Notes under the pieces: generated by a model
Databases searched by the model: none
The model's input: the letters and a program-made list of their open reading frames with translations, nothing else
Told to the model about the DNA's origin: nothing
In this document: one piece after another, positions 44,063 to 52,218 of the stretch
How positions within the stretch are numbered: position 1 is the stretch's first letter
How the letters are laid out: every line of letters starts with the position of its first letter
Made by a program: the position numbers and the translations under genes
Source: Patescibacteria group bacterium
GTDB taxonomy: Bacteria > Patescibacteriota > Patescibacteriia > Patescibacteriales > UBA12465
NCBI GenBank assembly: GCA_041649315.1
Contig: JBAZNJ010000004.1
Location: forward strand, 25,060-89,059
DNA length: 64,000 nucleotides
Direction of reading: 5' to 3'

Positions 44063-44109
44063 TGACAACTTATGTCATTTTTTGACATTTTTATAAAATA
44101 TGTTAAAAT
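44063..44109 (+). promoter_or_regulatory. Promoter with phased TGACA/TGTCA half-sites upstream of the excisionase-type HTH gene
   Basis: Half-sites tgaca (44063-67), tgtca (44073-77) and tgaca (44083-87) sit at exact 10-bp spacing. atgtca-N5-tgacat forms an inverted repeat. The -35 TTGACA (44082-87) is followed by a 16-nt spacer, then TGtTAAAAT (44101-09). Confidence 0.5.
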
Positions 44110-44145
44110 TTATATAAAGAAAAGATAAATAAATTCTAAACTTTT

Positions 44146-44328
44146 ATGAGCGACCGAATAGAAAAACTTTTAACCATAGAGGAAGTAGCTGATATTTTGA
44201 GAGTGAGCACCAGAACTATTGTTAGGTATATAGAATCAGGAAAATTAAAAGCTTCTAAGATAGGTGTTTGGCGAATTAAGGAATCCGATGTTCACCTGTT
44301 TTTAGAGGAAACAAGTAATAAAAAATAA
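44146..44328 (+). CDS. Excisionase-family (MerR-like) HTH DNA-binding protein
   Basis: 60 aa. LLTIEEVADILRVSTRTIVRYIESGKLKASKIGVWRIKESDVHLFLEE is the classic 'DNA binding domain, excisionase family' pattern. Confidence 0.75.
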   Translation: MSDRIEKLLTIEEVADILRVSTRTIVRYIESGKLKASKIGVWRIKESDVHLFLEETSNKK

Positions 44329-44340
44329 GATTTAAATATT

Positions 44341-45915
44341 ATGGCTAATAATTTGAATAATTCTAAAGAACAAGAACGATCAGAGCTCCATCGAGCTATT
44401 TGGCAGATTGCTAATGACTTGCGAGGTAGTGTTGATGGTTGGGATTTTAAGCAGTATGTTCTTGGGATGCTCTTCTATCGTTTTATCAGCGAAAATCTTA
44501 CTAATTACATAAATGCTGATGAGCGCCGAACTGGCAAAAAAGATTTTGATTATGCCGTTATTTCTGACAAAGAAGCAGAATTTGGTCGTGTTGACACGGT
44601 AAAAGAAAAAGGTTTTTATATTTTGCCAAGTGAATTATTTGTAAATGTTTGTAAAAATGCACGTAATAATACAAATCTTAACGAAACTTTAGCCGAAGTA
44701 TTTCGCAATATTGAGAATTCAGCTAAAGGTGTAGATAGTGAAGATGATTTAAAAGGTCTTTTTGATGATATTGATATTAACTCTAAAAAATTAGGTAATA
44801 CTGTAGAACAAAGAAATCAAAAATTAGCCAAACTTTTGGAATCTATTGGTAATCTTCGTCTTGGTAATTATTCTGATAATACTATCGATGCGTTCGGCGA
44901 CGCTTATGAGTTTTTAATGACTATGTACGCCTCAAATGCTGGAAAGTCTGGTGGCGAGTTTTACACTCCTCAAGAAGTTGCCGAGCTTTTGGCAGAAATA
45001 ACTACAGTTGGGAAAAAAGAAGTTAATAAAGTATATGATCCTTGTTGTGGGTCTGGCTCTCTTCTTCTTAAGTTTGCCAAGGTTCTTGGAAAAGAAAATG
45101 TTAGACTTGGTTTTTATGGGCAAGAAATTAATATTACCACTTTCAATCTTTGTCGTATTAACATGTTTTTGCACGATATCAATTATAACCATTTCGATAT
45201 CGAGTTAGGAGACACATTAACTGATCCAAAACATTGGGACGATGAGCCATTTGACGCGATTGTTTCTAATCCCCCTTATTCTATTAATTGGGAAGGTGAT
45301 GCTAATCCGTTATTAATTAATGATCCGCGTTTTTCTCCTGCTGGCGTATTAGCCCCAAAAAGTAAGGCTGATTTAGCATTTATCATGCACATGCTTTCAT
45401 GGCTTTCGACTAGCGGAACAGCTGCAATTGTTGAATTTCCCGGAGTTTTATATCGTGGCGGAGCGGAACAAAAAATTCGTAAATATTTAGTTGATAATAA
45501 TTATATTGATACTGTAATTCAGTTGCCTCCAGATTTATTTTTTGGCGTAACGATTGCTACTTGTATTATTGTTCTTAAAAAAAGCAAGAAAGATAATAAA
45601 ACGTTGTTTATTGATGCTTCAAAAGAATTTGTTAGGGGTGGAAATAAAAATAAGTTAAGTGAAGAAAATCGTCTTAAGATTTTAGACACCTTTACTACTC
45701 GTAAAGATGCAGAATATTTTGCTAAATTAGTTGATAATAAAACCATCGCTGATAATGATTATAATATTGCTGTCTCTAGTTATGTCGTTAGTGAGGATAC
45801 TCGAGAGATAGTTGATGTTATAGAGCTTAATGAAAAAATCTCTAAGATTGTTGTTAGACAAAGTGAATTACGTGCGGCGATTGATAAGATTGTTGAAGAG
45901 ATTGAAAGCAAATAA
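44341..45915 (+). CDS. hsdM: Type I restriction-modification system methyltransferase subunit HsdM
   Basis: 524 aa. The N-terminal HsdM_N region has LWQIANDLRG-like IWQIANDLRGSVD. AdoMet motif VYDPCCGSGSLL and catalytic NPPY (VSNPPYS). Confidence 0.95.
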   Translation: MANNLNNSKEQERSELHRAIWQIANDLRGSVDGWDFKQYVLGMLFYRFISENLTNYINADERRTGKKDFDYAVISDKEAEFGRVDTVKEKGFYILPSELFVNVCKNARNNTNLNETLAEVFRNIENSAKGVDSEDDLKGLFDDIDINSKKLGNTVEQRNQKLAKLLESIGNLRLGNYSDNTIDAFGDAYEFLMTMYASNAGKSGGEFYTPQEVAELLAEITTVGKKEVNKVYDPCCGSGSLLLKFAKVLGKENVRLGFYGQEINITTFNLCRINMFLHDINYNHFDIELGDTLTDPKHWDDEPFDAIVSNPPYSINWEGDANPLLINDPRFSPAGVLAPKSKADLAFIMHMLSWLSTSGTAAIVEFPGVLYRGGAEQKIRKYLVDNNYIDTVIQLPPDLFFGVTIATCIIVLKKSKKDNKTLFIDASKEFVRGGNKNKLSEENRLKILDTFTTRKDAEYFAKLVDNKTIADNDYNIAVSSYVVSEDTREIVDVIELNEKISKIVVRQSELRAAIDKIVEEIESK

Positions 45916-45916
45916 T

Positions 45917-46408
45917 ATGGAAAAAGATATTTTATCCATTAAACAGCAAACTAGATTAGCTTTACCAACAGATAATTCATATTTATTTGGATTGGGTGTT
46001 GCCTTGTATGGATTCAACTCTATTAGTAGTTTTATGACTGAAATTATTTGTCATATTGACGATAGTCAAAATAGAACTAGATTATTAGATTTAACATCTG
46101 GAGAAGTTCTGAATATATTTCGGCAAACATTGAAAAATATAAAGTCTAAAAAACAATACAAAAGTATTTATACAATTATGAATGATGTGGCGAATATTTT
46201 CGAAATATTAAATTCAGAACGAACTGATTTTGTTCATGCTTATCCTATTACCAACAGAAGTAATGAGCAGATTTTACATCGCAGAAAGGATGAGAAGGGA
46301 AAATATTTTGAAGTAGACAATAATTTTTTAGATAGCTTTATTTCCCGATTGCATGATGTGAGTAGTGGATTATATAAAATACGTGCAATTGTAAAACCAC
46401 AAATTTAA
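45917..46408 (+). CDS. Small protein embedded between hsdM and hsdS; predicted all-alpha with an Rx4H motif (possible HEPN-like)
   Basis: The track ORF starts at 45830 inside hsdM. The ATG at 45917, 1 nt after the hsdM stop, gives 163 aa. The motif ILNSE-R-TDFV-H-AYP places Arg102 and His107 in Rx4H spacing. No other recognisable motif. Confidence 0.5.
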   Translation: MEKDILSIKQQTRLALPTDNSYLFGLGVALYGFNSISSFMTEIICHIDDSQNRTRLLDLTSGEVLNIFRQTLKNIKSKKQYKSIYTIMNDVANIFEILNSERTDFVHAYPITNRSNEQILHRRKDEKGKYFEVDNNFLDSFISRLHDVSSGLYKIRAIVKPQI

Positions 46409-46412
46409 TTGT

Positions 46413-47585
46413 ATGCATATTAATCAATCAAAAATTGAAGGGCTAATATCGGAACTTTGTCCAAAGGGTGTAGAAGTTTTTGGTTTAGGATCTATTTGTA
46501 AAATTGAAACAGGGAGGTTAAATGCCAATGCTGCTGTTGCAGGTGGTGATTATTTATTTTTTACAACCGCTAAAGAAATTAGCAAGATAGATAAATACCG
46601 ATGGGATACGGAAGCGTTACTTGTTGCTGGTAATGCGAATGTCGGTGATGTGAAACATTATATAGGAAAATTTGAAGCATATCAGAGAACTTATGTGTTA
46701 ACAAATTTTTTTAAGAAGATAAATGTTCGTTTTTTATATTTTGTTTTAAAAAATAATTTACAAGAATTTTTAAAAAGCAATTCAAATAGTGCGGCAATGA
46801 CTTATATTGTTTTATCTACGCTTGAAAACTTTAGAATCCCCGTCCCACCCCTCCCAATTCAAGAAGAAATTGTTAAAATTCTTGATAATTTTACAGAGCT
46901 GGAAGTAGAGCTGGAAGCAGAGCTGGAAGCAAGAAAAAATCAGTATGAACATTATAGGAACAAATTATTAACTTTTGGAAATGATATTGAATATAATAAT
47001 TTGGAACATATTTTTAATTTTAAAAATGGTTATACACCCTCAAAAGCAAAATCTAAATATTGGGAAAATGGAGATATACCATGGTTTAGAATGGAAGACA
47101 TAAGGAGTAACGGTAGAATTCTTGATAAATCGATACAATGTGTTAATAGATCTGGAGTAAAAGGAAAGGGTGTTTTTCCTAAAGATTCAATTATTGTAGC
47201 AACATCAGCAACGATTGGAGAGCATGCTTTAATTACTATACCTCATTTAACAAATCAGAGGTTTGTTTCTCTGTCTATAAAAGATGAATTAAAACAAAAA
47301 TTGAATATTAAATTTTTATTTTATTATTTTTTTGTAATAGATGAATGGTGTTTAAAAAATACAACTAAATCAAGCTTTTCGTCAGTAGATATGAATGGTT
47401 TTAGAAAATTTCCAATTCCAATTCCACCTATATCCGAACAAGAACGAATTGTTTCAACCCTTGATAAATTTGATGCGTTAGTAAATGATATTTCAATTGG
47501 TCTGCCAGCTGAACTTAAAGCTCGTCGTCAACAATATGAATATTATAGAAATAAACTTTTAACTTTCAAAGAATATGTCGGTTAA
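46413..47585 (+). CDS. hsdS: Type I R-M specificity subunit HsdS
   Basis: 390 aa. Two target-recognition domains are separated by a conserved coiled-coil helix, ...LEVELEAELEARKNQYEHYRNKLLTF. The C-terminal helix is similar: LPAELKARRQQYEYYRNKLLTF. Confidence 0.9.
   Translation: MHINQSKIEGLISELCPKGVEVFGLGSICKIETGRLNANAAVAGGDYLFFTTAKEISKIDKYRWDTEALLVAGNANVGDVKHYIGKFEAYQRTYVLTNFFKKINVRFLYFVLKNNLQEFLKSNSNSAAMTYIVLSTLENFRIPVPPLPIQEEIVKILDNFTELEVELEAELEARKNQYEHYRNKLLTFGNDIEYNNLEHIFNFKNGYTPSKAKSKYWENGDIPWFRMEDIRSNGRILDKSIQCVNRSGVKGKGVFPKDSIIVATSATIGEHALITIPHLTNQRFVSLSIKDELKQKLNIKFLFYYFFVIDEWCLKNTTKSSFSSVDMNGFRKFPIPIPPISEQERIVSTLDKFDALVNDISIGLPAELKARRQQYEYYRNKLLTFKEYVG
46896..46931 (+). repeat. 12-nt tandem repeat x3 (gagctggaagNa) in the central conserved region of hsdS
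   Basis: gagctggaagta, gagctggaagca, gagctggaagca, encoding ELEV-ELEA-ELEA. Confidence 0.9.
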
Positions 47586-50500
47586 TAATAAATACAATTT
47601 AGTTGCGGAGAGTACGCAGAGCACAGTTGTGGCTGAATATACTCCAAATGGAAAAAGAATCTCTGATTATCAAAGTGAGGCTGAATTAGAGAGTGCTTTT
47701 ATAGAACAGCTAAAAACTCAGGCTTATGAATATGTGGCCATAACCTCTGAGGCTGATTTAGTTTTGAATTTACGTAAGCAATTAGAGAAGTTAAATAATT
47801 TTAATTTTACTGACAGCGAATGGGATAATTTTTTTAATAGTGAAATTTCTAACCCTAATCAAAATATAGAAGATAAAACCGCGACCATTCAGGAAGATCA
47901 TATAAAAAACTTAGTTCGTGAAAATGGTTCAATAAAGAATGTTTATCTTTTAAAGAAGGATAATATTCATGATAATAATCTTCAGATTATTAATCAGTAT
48001 GCCACTGAGGATGGGCAAAGAGCTAATCGTTACGATGTTACAATTCTTGTTAATGGTTTACCTCTAATTCATGTTGAACTTAAACGTCGTGGAGTAGCTA
48101 TTCAGGAAGCCTTTAATCAAATTAATCGTTATCAGAGAGAAAGTTTTTGGGCTTCATCTGGTCTTTTCGAATATGTGCAATTGTTTGTAATTTCAAACGG
48201 CACTCATACAAAATATTATAGCAACACTACAAGATATCAGCATATCAAAGACTCTAATGATGGTGCTTCTAAGAAAGGTAAGCGCACTAGCAGCAGTTTT
48301 GAGTTTACTAGTTGGTGGGCTGATGCTACCAATAAACCAATTACTGATTTAATGGATTTTGCTAAGACATTTTTTTCTAAGCATGCTGTTTTAAATATTT
48401 TGACTAAATATTGCGTTTTTACGACTGACCACTTACTTTTAGTAATGCGTCCCTATCAAATTGTGGCTACTGAAAAGATATTGAATAGAATAGAAATAAG
48501 TACTAATTATAAAAAACTTGGCACCGTTGAGGCAGGTGGATATATTTGGCATACAACTGGCTCTGGAAAAACTTTGACTAGTTTTAAAACTGCTCAATTG
48601 GCTAGTAAATTGCCATATATTGATAAGGTTTTGTTTGTTGTCGATCGTAAGGATTTGGATTATCAGACAATGAAAGAGTATGATAAATTTGCCAAAGGAG
48701 CAGCTAATAGTAATACCAGTACAGCTATTTTAAAAAAGCAATTAGAAGATCCTAATGCTAATATTATTATTACTACTATTCAAAAACTGGATAGATTTAT
48801 TGGAAAAAATAAAGGGCATAATATTTTTGATGGTCATGTAGTTATTATATTTGATGAATGTCATCGATCCCAGTTTGGTGAAATGCATGCGGCTATTACT
48901 AAAGCCTTTAATAATTACCACCTTTTTGGTTTTACCGGTACTCCTATTTTTGCGATTAATTCTTCTTCTGGTGGGCGGATTGATTTTAAGACTACAGAGC
49001 AAGCCTTTGGTGAAAAATTACATGCCTATACTATTGTTAACGCTATTGCTGATAAAAATGTTTTACCATTTAAGGTCGATTATATTTCCACAGTTAAAGA
49101 GGCTGAAAATATTGAGGATAAAAAGGTTAGTGATATTGATCGAGAAGCAATTTTAGCCGCTCCTGAGCGCTTAGAAAATATTGTTCGCTATATTTGTGAA
49201 CACTTTGATCAAAAAACTAAACGCAATAGTTTTTATAAAATAAAAGAGAGAAGGTTGGCTGGATTTAATTCTATTTTTGCCGTTTCCTCTATTGATGTTG
49301 CAAAAAAGTATTATGCTGAATTTAAAAAACAACTTTTAGATTTACCAAGTGATAAGCGTCTTAAAATTGCGATAATTTATAGTTTTGGGGTTAATGATGA
49401 AGATGCCGATGGTTTAGTTGACGAAAATTTAGAGGACACTAGCGGACTAGATCTTAGTTCAAGAGATTTCTTAGAAAATGCGATTATTGATTACAATTCA
49501 ATCTTTGGTACTTCTTATGACACTTCATCTGATAAATTCCAAAATTATTATAAAGATGTCAGCCAAAGAGTAAAGGATAGAGAAGTTGATATTTTGATTG
49601 TAGTTAATATGTTTTTAACTGGCTTTGATGCCACCACTTTAAATACTCTATGGGTTGATAAAAATTTAAGATTGCACGGATTACTACAAGCCTATTCTCG
49701 CACGAATCGTATTTTAAATAGTGTTAAAACTTTTGGTAACATTGTTTGTTTTCGTAATTTAGAGAAAGCTACCAACGAATCAATTTCATTATTTGGTGAT
49801 AAAGAGGCTAGTGGCATTGTTTTGCTTAAATCTTATGCTGAATATTACAATGGCTATAAAGATGGTAATAAAGAAGTTCGAGGATATGTCAGCTTAGTTG
49901 ATGAATTAATGGAGAAATTTCCAGTTAGCGTTAGGATTGACAGCGAACTAGCTCAAAAAGAGTTTATTAAACTTTATAGCAATATTTTGCGTTTACGAAA
50001 TATTTTAACAACTTTTGACGAGTTTTCTAAAGATGAAATTTTTACAGAATATGATATTCAAGATTATCACAGCATGTATATTGATTTGTATAATGAATTT
50101 CGTAAAGCTAAAGAAAGCGAAAAAGAAAATGTTAATGATGATGTCGTGTTTGAAATGGAGCTTATTAAACAGGTCGACATTAATATTGATTATATCTTGG
50201 GATTAATTAAAAAATACCACGAAGATCATACCAAAAATCGAGAAATATTGGTTGATATTAATAAAGCGATTGATGCCAGCGTTGAATTAAGAAATAAAAA
50301 GGATTTGATCAATCAATTTATTTCCTCGCTCGATATTAATTCTGTTGTTGATGCGGACTGGCAGAGTTTTATGAATAAGAAAAAAGTTGAGGAGCTTGAA
50401 CAGATTATTAAAACTGAAGAACTCGATTATGAGGCTACGTATAAGTTTATTAAAAATTCCTTTAGAGATGGTTCAATTGCAGTTTCGGGTACGGCTATAA

Positions 50501-50649
50501 CTAAAGTTTTACCGCCAGTATCTCGATTTTCGCCAGATGGCGAACGAACAAAGAAGCGTGAAACTGTCTTAACAAAATTGACTAGCTTTTTTGAAAGGTT
50601 TTTTGATATTTCTGATGTAAAATTTTTCGACGGTAATCTAAAAAAGTAA
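47575..50649 (+). CDS. hsdR: Type I R-M restriction subunit HsdR (SF2 helicase/translocase + nuclease)
   Basis: 1024 aa. The N-terminal PD-(D/E)xK region reads RYDVTILVNGLPLIHVELKR. Helicase motif I HTTGSGKT, motif II IIFDECHRS and motif VI QAYSRTNR. It overlaps hsdS by 11 nt. Confidence 0.95.
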   Translation: MSVNNKYNLVAESTQSTVVAEYTPNGKRISDYQSEAELESAFIEQLKTQAYEYVAITSEADLVLNLRKQLEKLNNFNFTDSEWDNFFNSEISNPNQNIEDKTATIQEDHIKNLVRENGSIKNVYLLKKDNIHDNNLQIINQYATEDGQRANRYDVTILVNGLPLIHVELKRRGVAIQEAFNQINRYQRESFWASSGLFEYVQLFVISNGTHTKYYSNTTRYQHIKDSNDGASKKGKRTSSSFEFTSWWADATNKPITDLMDFAKTFFSKHAVLNILTKYCVFTTDHLLLVMRPYQIVATEKILNRIEISTNYKKLGTVEAGGYIWHTTGSGKTLTSFKTAQLASKLPYIDKVLFVVDRKDLDYQTMKEYDKFAKGAANSNTSTAILKKQLEDPNANIIITTIQKLDRFIGKNKGHNIFDGHVVIIFDECHRSQFGEMHAAITKAFNNYHLFGFTGTPIFAINSSSGGRIDFKTTEQAFGEKLHAYTIVNAIADKNVLPFKVDYISTVKEAENIEDKKVSDIDREAILAAPERLENIVRYICEHFDQKTKRNSFYKIKERRLAGFNSIFAVSSIDVAKKYYAEFKKQLLDLPSDKRLKIAIIYSFGVNDEDADGLVDENLEDTSGLDLSSRDFLENAIIDYNSIFGTSYDTSSDKFQNYYKDVSQRVKDREVDILIVVNMFLTGFDATTLNTLWVDKNLRLHGLLQAYSRTNRILNSVKTFGNIVCFRNLEKATNESISLFGDKEASGIVLLKSYAEYYNGYKDGNKEVRGYVSLVDELMEKFPVSVRIDSELAQKEFIKLYSNILRLRNILTTFDEFSKDEIFTEYDIQDYHSMYIDLYNEFRKAKESEKENVNDDVVFEMELIKQVDINIDYILGLIKKYHEDHTKNREILVDINKAIDASVELRNKKDLINQFISSLDINSVVDADWQSFMNKKKVEELEQIIKTEELDYEATYKFIKNSFRDGSIAVSGTAITKVLPPVSRFSPDGERTKKRETVLTKLTSFFERFFDISDVKFFDGNLKK

Positions 50650-50653
50650 ATAT

Positions 50654-51946
50654 ATGGCCAAGAAAAATGTTAAAGGCGAATATTTATATAAAGAAAATAA
50701 AACTAAAAAAGTATTTTATTTTCGTGATGATTTGCAAAAAATAAATATAATTTCCAGAATCGTTTTTAAAAATAAAAAACACGAAATCCATTATCCTTTT
50801 TCTAAAGACGGAAGACAGAAATATAATTATATTAAAGAAATATCTTATAATGGATTATCAAGTCCTCTTCCTAGAGGATTAATTAAGGACTCAAAATTAG
50901 GATATGGATTTACAAAAGTGCTATCACCTATAATTTATCAGATAGATAGGGTTCTTAAGCCTAATAAATTAGAAGTTTCAAATAATGGCAAAACAAGAAT
51001 AGACAAAAAAACATTATATATCAGTTATGCGGAACTAAATAAGGTGTACCCCAAAATTGATTCATTGCTTCAGCGACATTCAAAAGAAAAAGAGGTGACT
51101 GCACAAAAATTTCTATCCTTATTTTTCCCAAAAAACTTTAAAGATCTTAAAGACACGTATATTAAAGGAACTTTATACTCGATAATCTCTGATCAAGTTA
51201 AAGATGATGTAAAAAAAATATCTAAAGATGACTTTGACTCAATATTGGGGTTAACTTTAAGAGAATTAAAAAATCAAGGAGTAGAATCTAAGAAGGTGGT
51301 GTTGGAAACAAGAGAAAAAATTGAAAGGCGCTTTTTAGAAGACGCGATCATTTATTTTCAAAAACTATCACAAAGAAAACTTGACAATAATAAATTGGAG
51401 AAAGACTGGGAAAAATTTCTTATAGAAAATCCATGGATTATTTCTAATTTATTTGCAACACCCGTGTTCTTTTTTCAGAATCAAGCATACGTTGGCGGGA
51501 AAGAAATAAACAATTCTAATGGAAAGGTTACTGATTTTCTTTATAAAAATGAATTCACTGATAATATTGCTGTTATTGAGCTAAAAACGCATAAGACCAA
51601 TTTATTATCGTCTAAACCATACAGGGGCAAGGACGTCTATTCATTATCAGTAGAGCTTTCGGGCGCAGTTAATCAAGTTTTAAACCAGCGACAGAATTTA
51701 ATTCAAGAGTTTATAAAACTTAGAACTAAAGATGAGTGGTTTGAATCTTATAATCCAAAGTGTCTAGTTATTGCTGGTAGTATTGCTGACTTACCAAAAA
51801 ATGGAGCTAAAACTTTCGATATTTTTAGAAATAGCTTGCAGGGTGTGGAAATAATTACTTTCGATGAGTTACTTAAGAAACTCGAATTTTTTAATGTGTT
51901 AATTAAAGGCGGTAAGAAAAAAAGAGGGCGAGAAAAAAGGTTTTAA
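50654..51946 (+). CDS. Shedu-like protein (C-terminal DUF4263 PD-(D/E)xK nuclease domain, SduA-type) with an unassigned N-terminal region
   Basis: 430 aa. The C-terminal ~180 aa reads EKDWEKFLIENPWIISNLF...KVTDFLYKNEFTDNIAVIELKTHKT...AVNQVLNQRQNL...CLVIAGSIADL...EIITFDELL. This matches the DUF4263 pattern (D...E-x-K, Q-x-x-x-Y-like helix, ...TYDEL). It starts 5 nt after hsdR. Confidence 0.65.
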   Translation: MAKKNVKGEYLYKENKTKKVFYFRDDLQKINIISRIVFKNKKHEIHYPFSKDGRQKYNYIKEISYNGLSSPLPRGLIKDSKLGYGFTKVLSPIIYQIDRVLKPNKLEVSNNGKTRIDKKTLYISYAELNKVYPKIDSLLQRHSKEKEVTAQKFLSLFFPKNFKDLKDTYIKGTLYSIISDQVKDDVKKISKDDFDSILGLTLRELKNQGVESKKVVLETREKIERRFLEDAIIYFQKLSQRKLDNNKLEKDWEKFLIENPWIISNLFATPVFFFQNQAYVGGKEINNSNGKVTDFLYKNEFTDNIAVIELKTHKTNLLSSKPYRGKDVYSLSVELSGAVNQVLNQRQNLIQEFIKLRTKDEWFESYNPKCLVIAGSIADLPKNGAKTFDIFRNSLQGVEIITFDELLKKLEFFNVLIKGGKKKRGREKRF

Positions 51947-51981
51947 GAAAGTAAGAAAAATATATTAAGTATAATTAAGAT

Positions 51982-52194
51982 ATGAAAAAATATAAAATTT
52001 ATTTTGATAGAGACGGTATTGAGCCAGCGGAAATTGTAATTACCGGGGAAGGTAATAATTGTCGAGTTGGCGCTGTAAGAGTGCAACATGAAACCATCTT
52101 TTTTAATTGCCAAGGAACTCTTGAAAATATATTAAAAAAAATTAGTGATAAACTAGGAAAATATGGTATTAAAAAAATAGAACCTATAATATAG
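51982..52194 (+). CDS. Small hypothetical protein (70 aa)
   Basis: The ORF lies between the Shedu-like gene and the PD-(D/E)xK/DUF5655 gene on the same strand. No recognisable motif. Confidence 0.4.
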   Translation: MKKYKIYFDRDGIEPAEIVITGEGNNCRVGAVRVQHETIFFNCQGTLENILKKISDKLGKYGIKKIEPII

Positions 52195-52218
52195 TTATAT
52201 TCTTAATTAATAAAAATT

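Noticed and set aside
45830-45916. Upstream start at 45830 for the ORF between hsdM and hsdS, overlapping hsdM by 86 nt
   Set aside because: The extension lies in an alternative frame of the conserved HsdM C-terminus. The ATG at 45917, 1 nt after the hsdM stop, is the more parsimonious start.
48742-50206. Short ORFs inside hsdR on both strands (48742..49002-, 48851..49156+, 50015..50206+)
   Set aside because: They are embedded in the conserved HsdR frame, and their low-complexity Leu/Ile/Lys-rich translations are typical of AT-rich off-frames.
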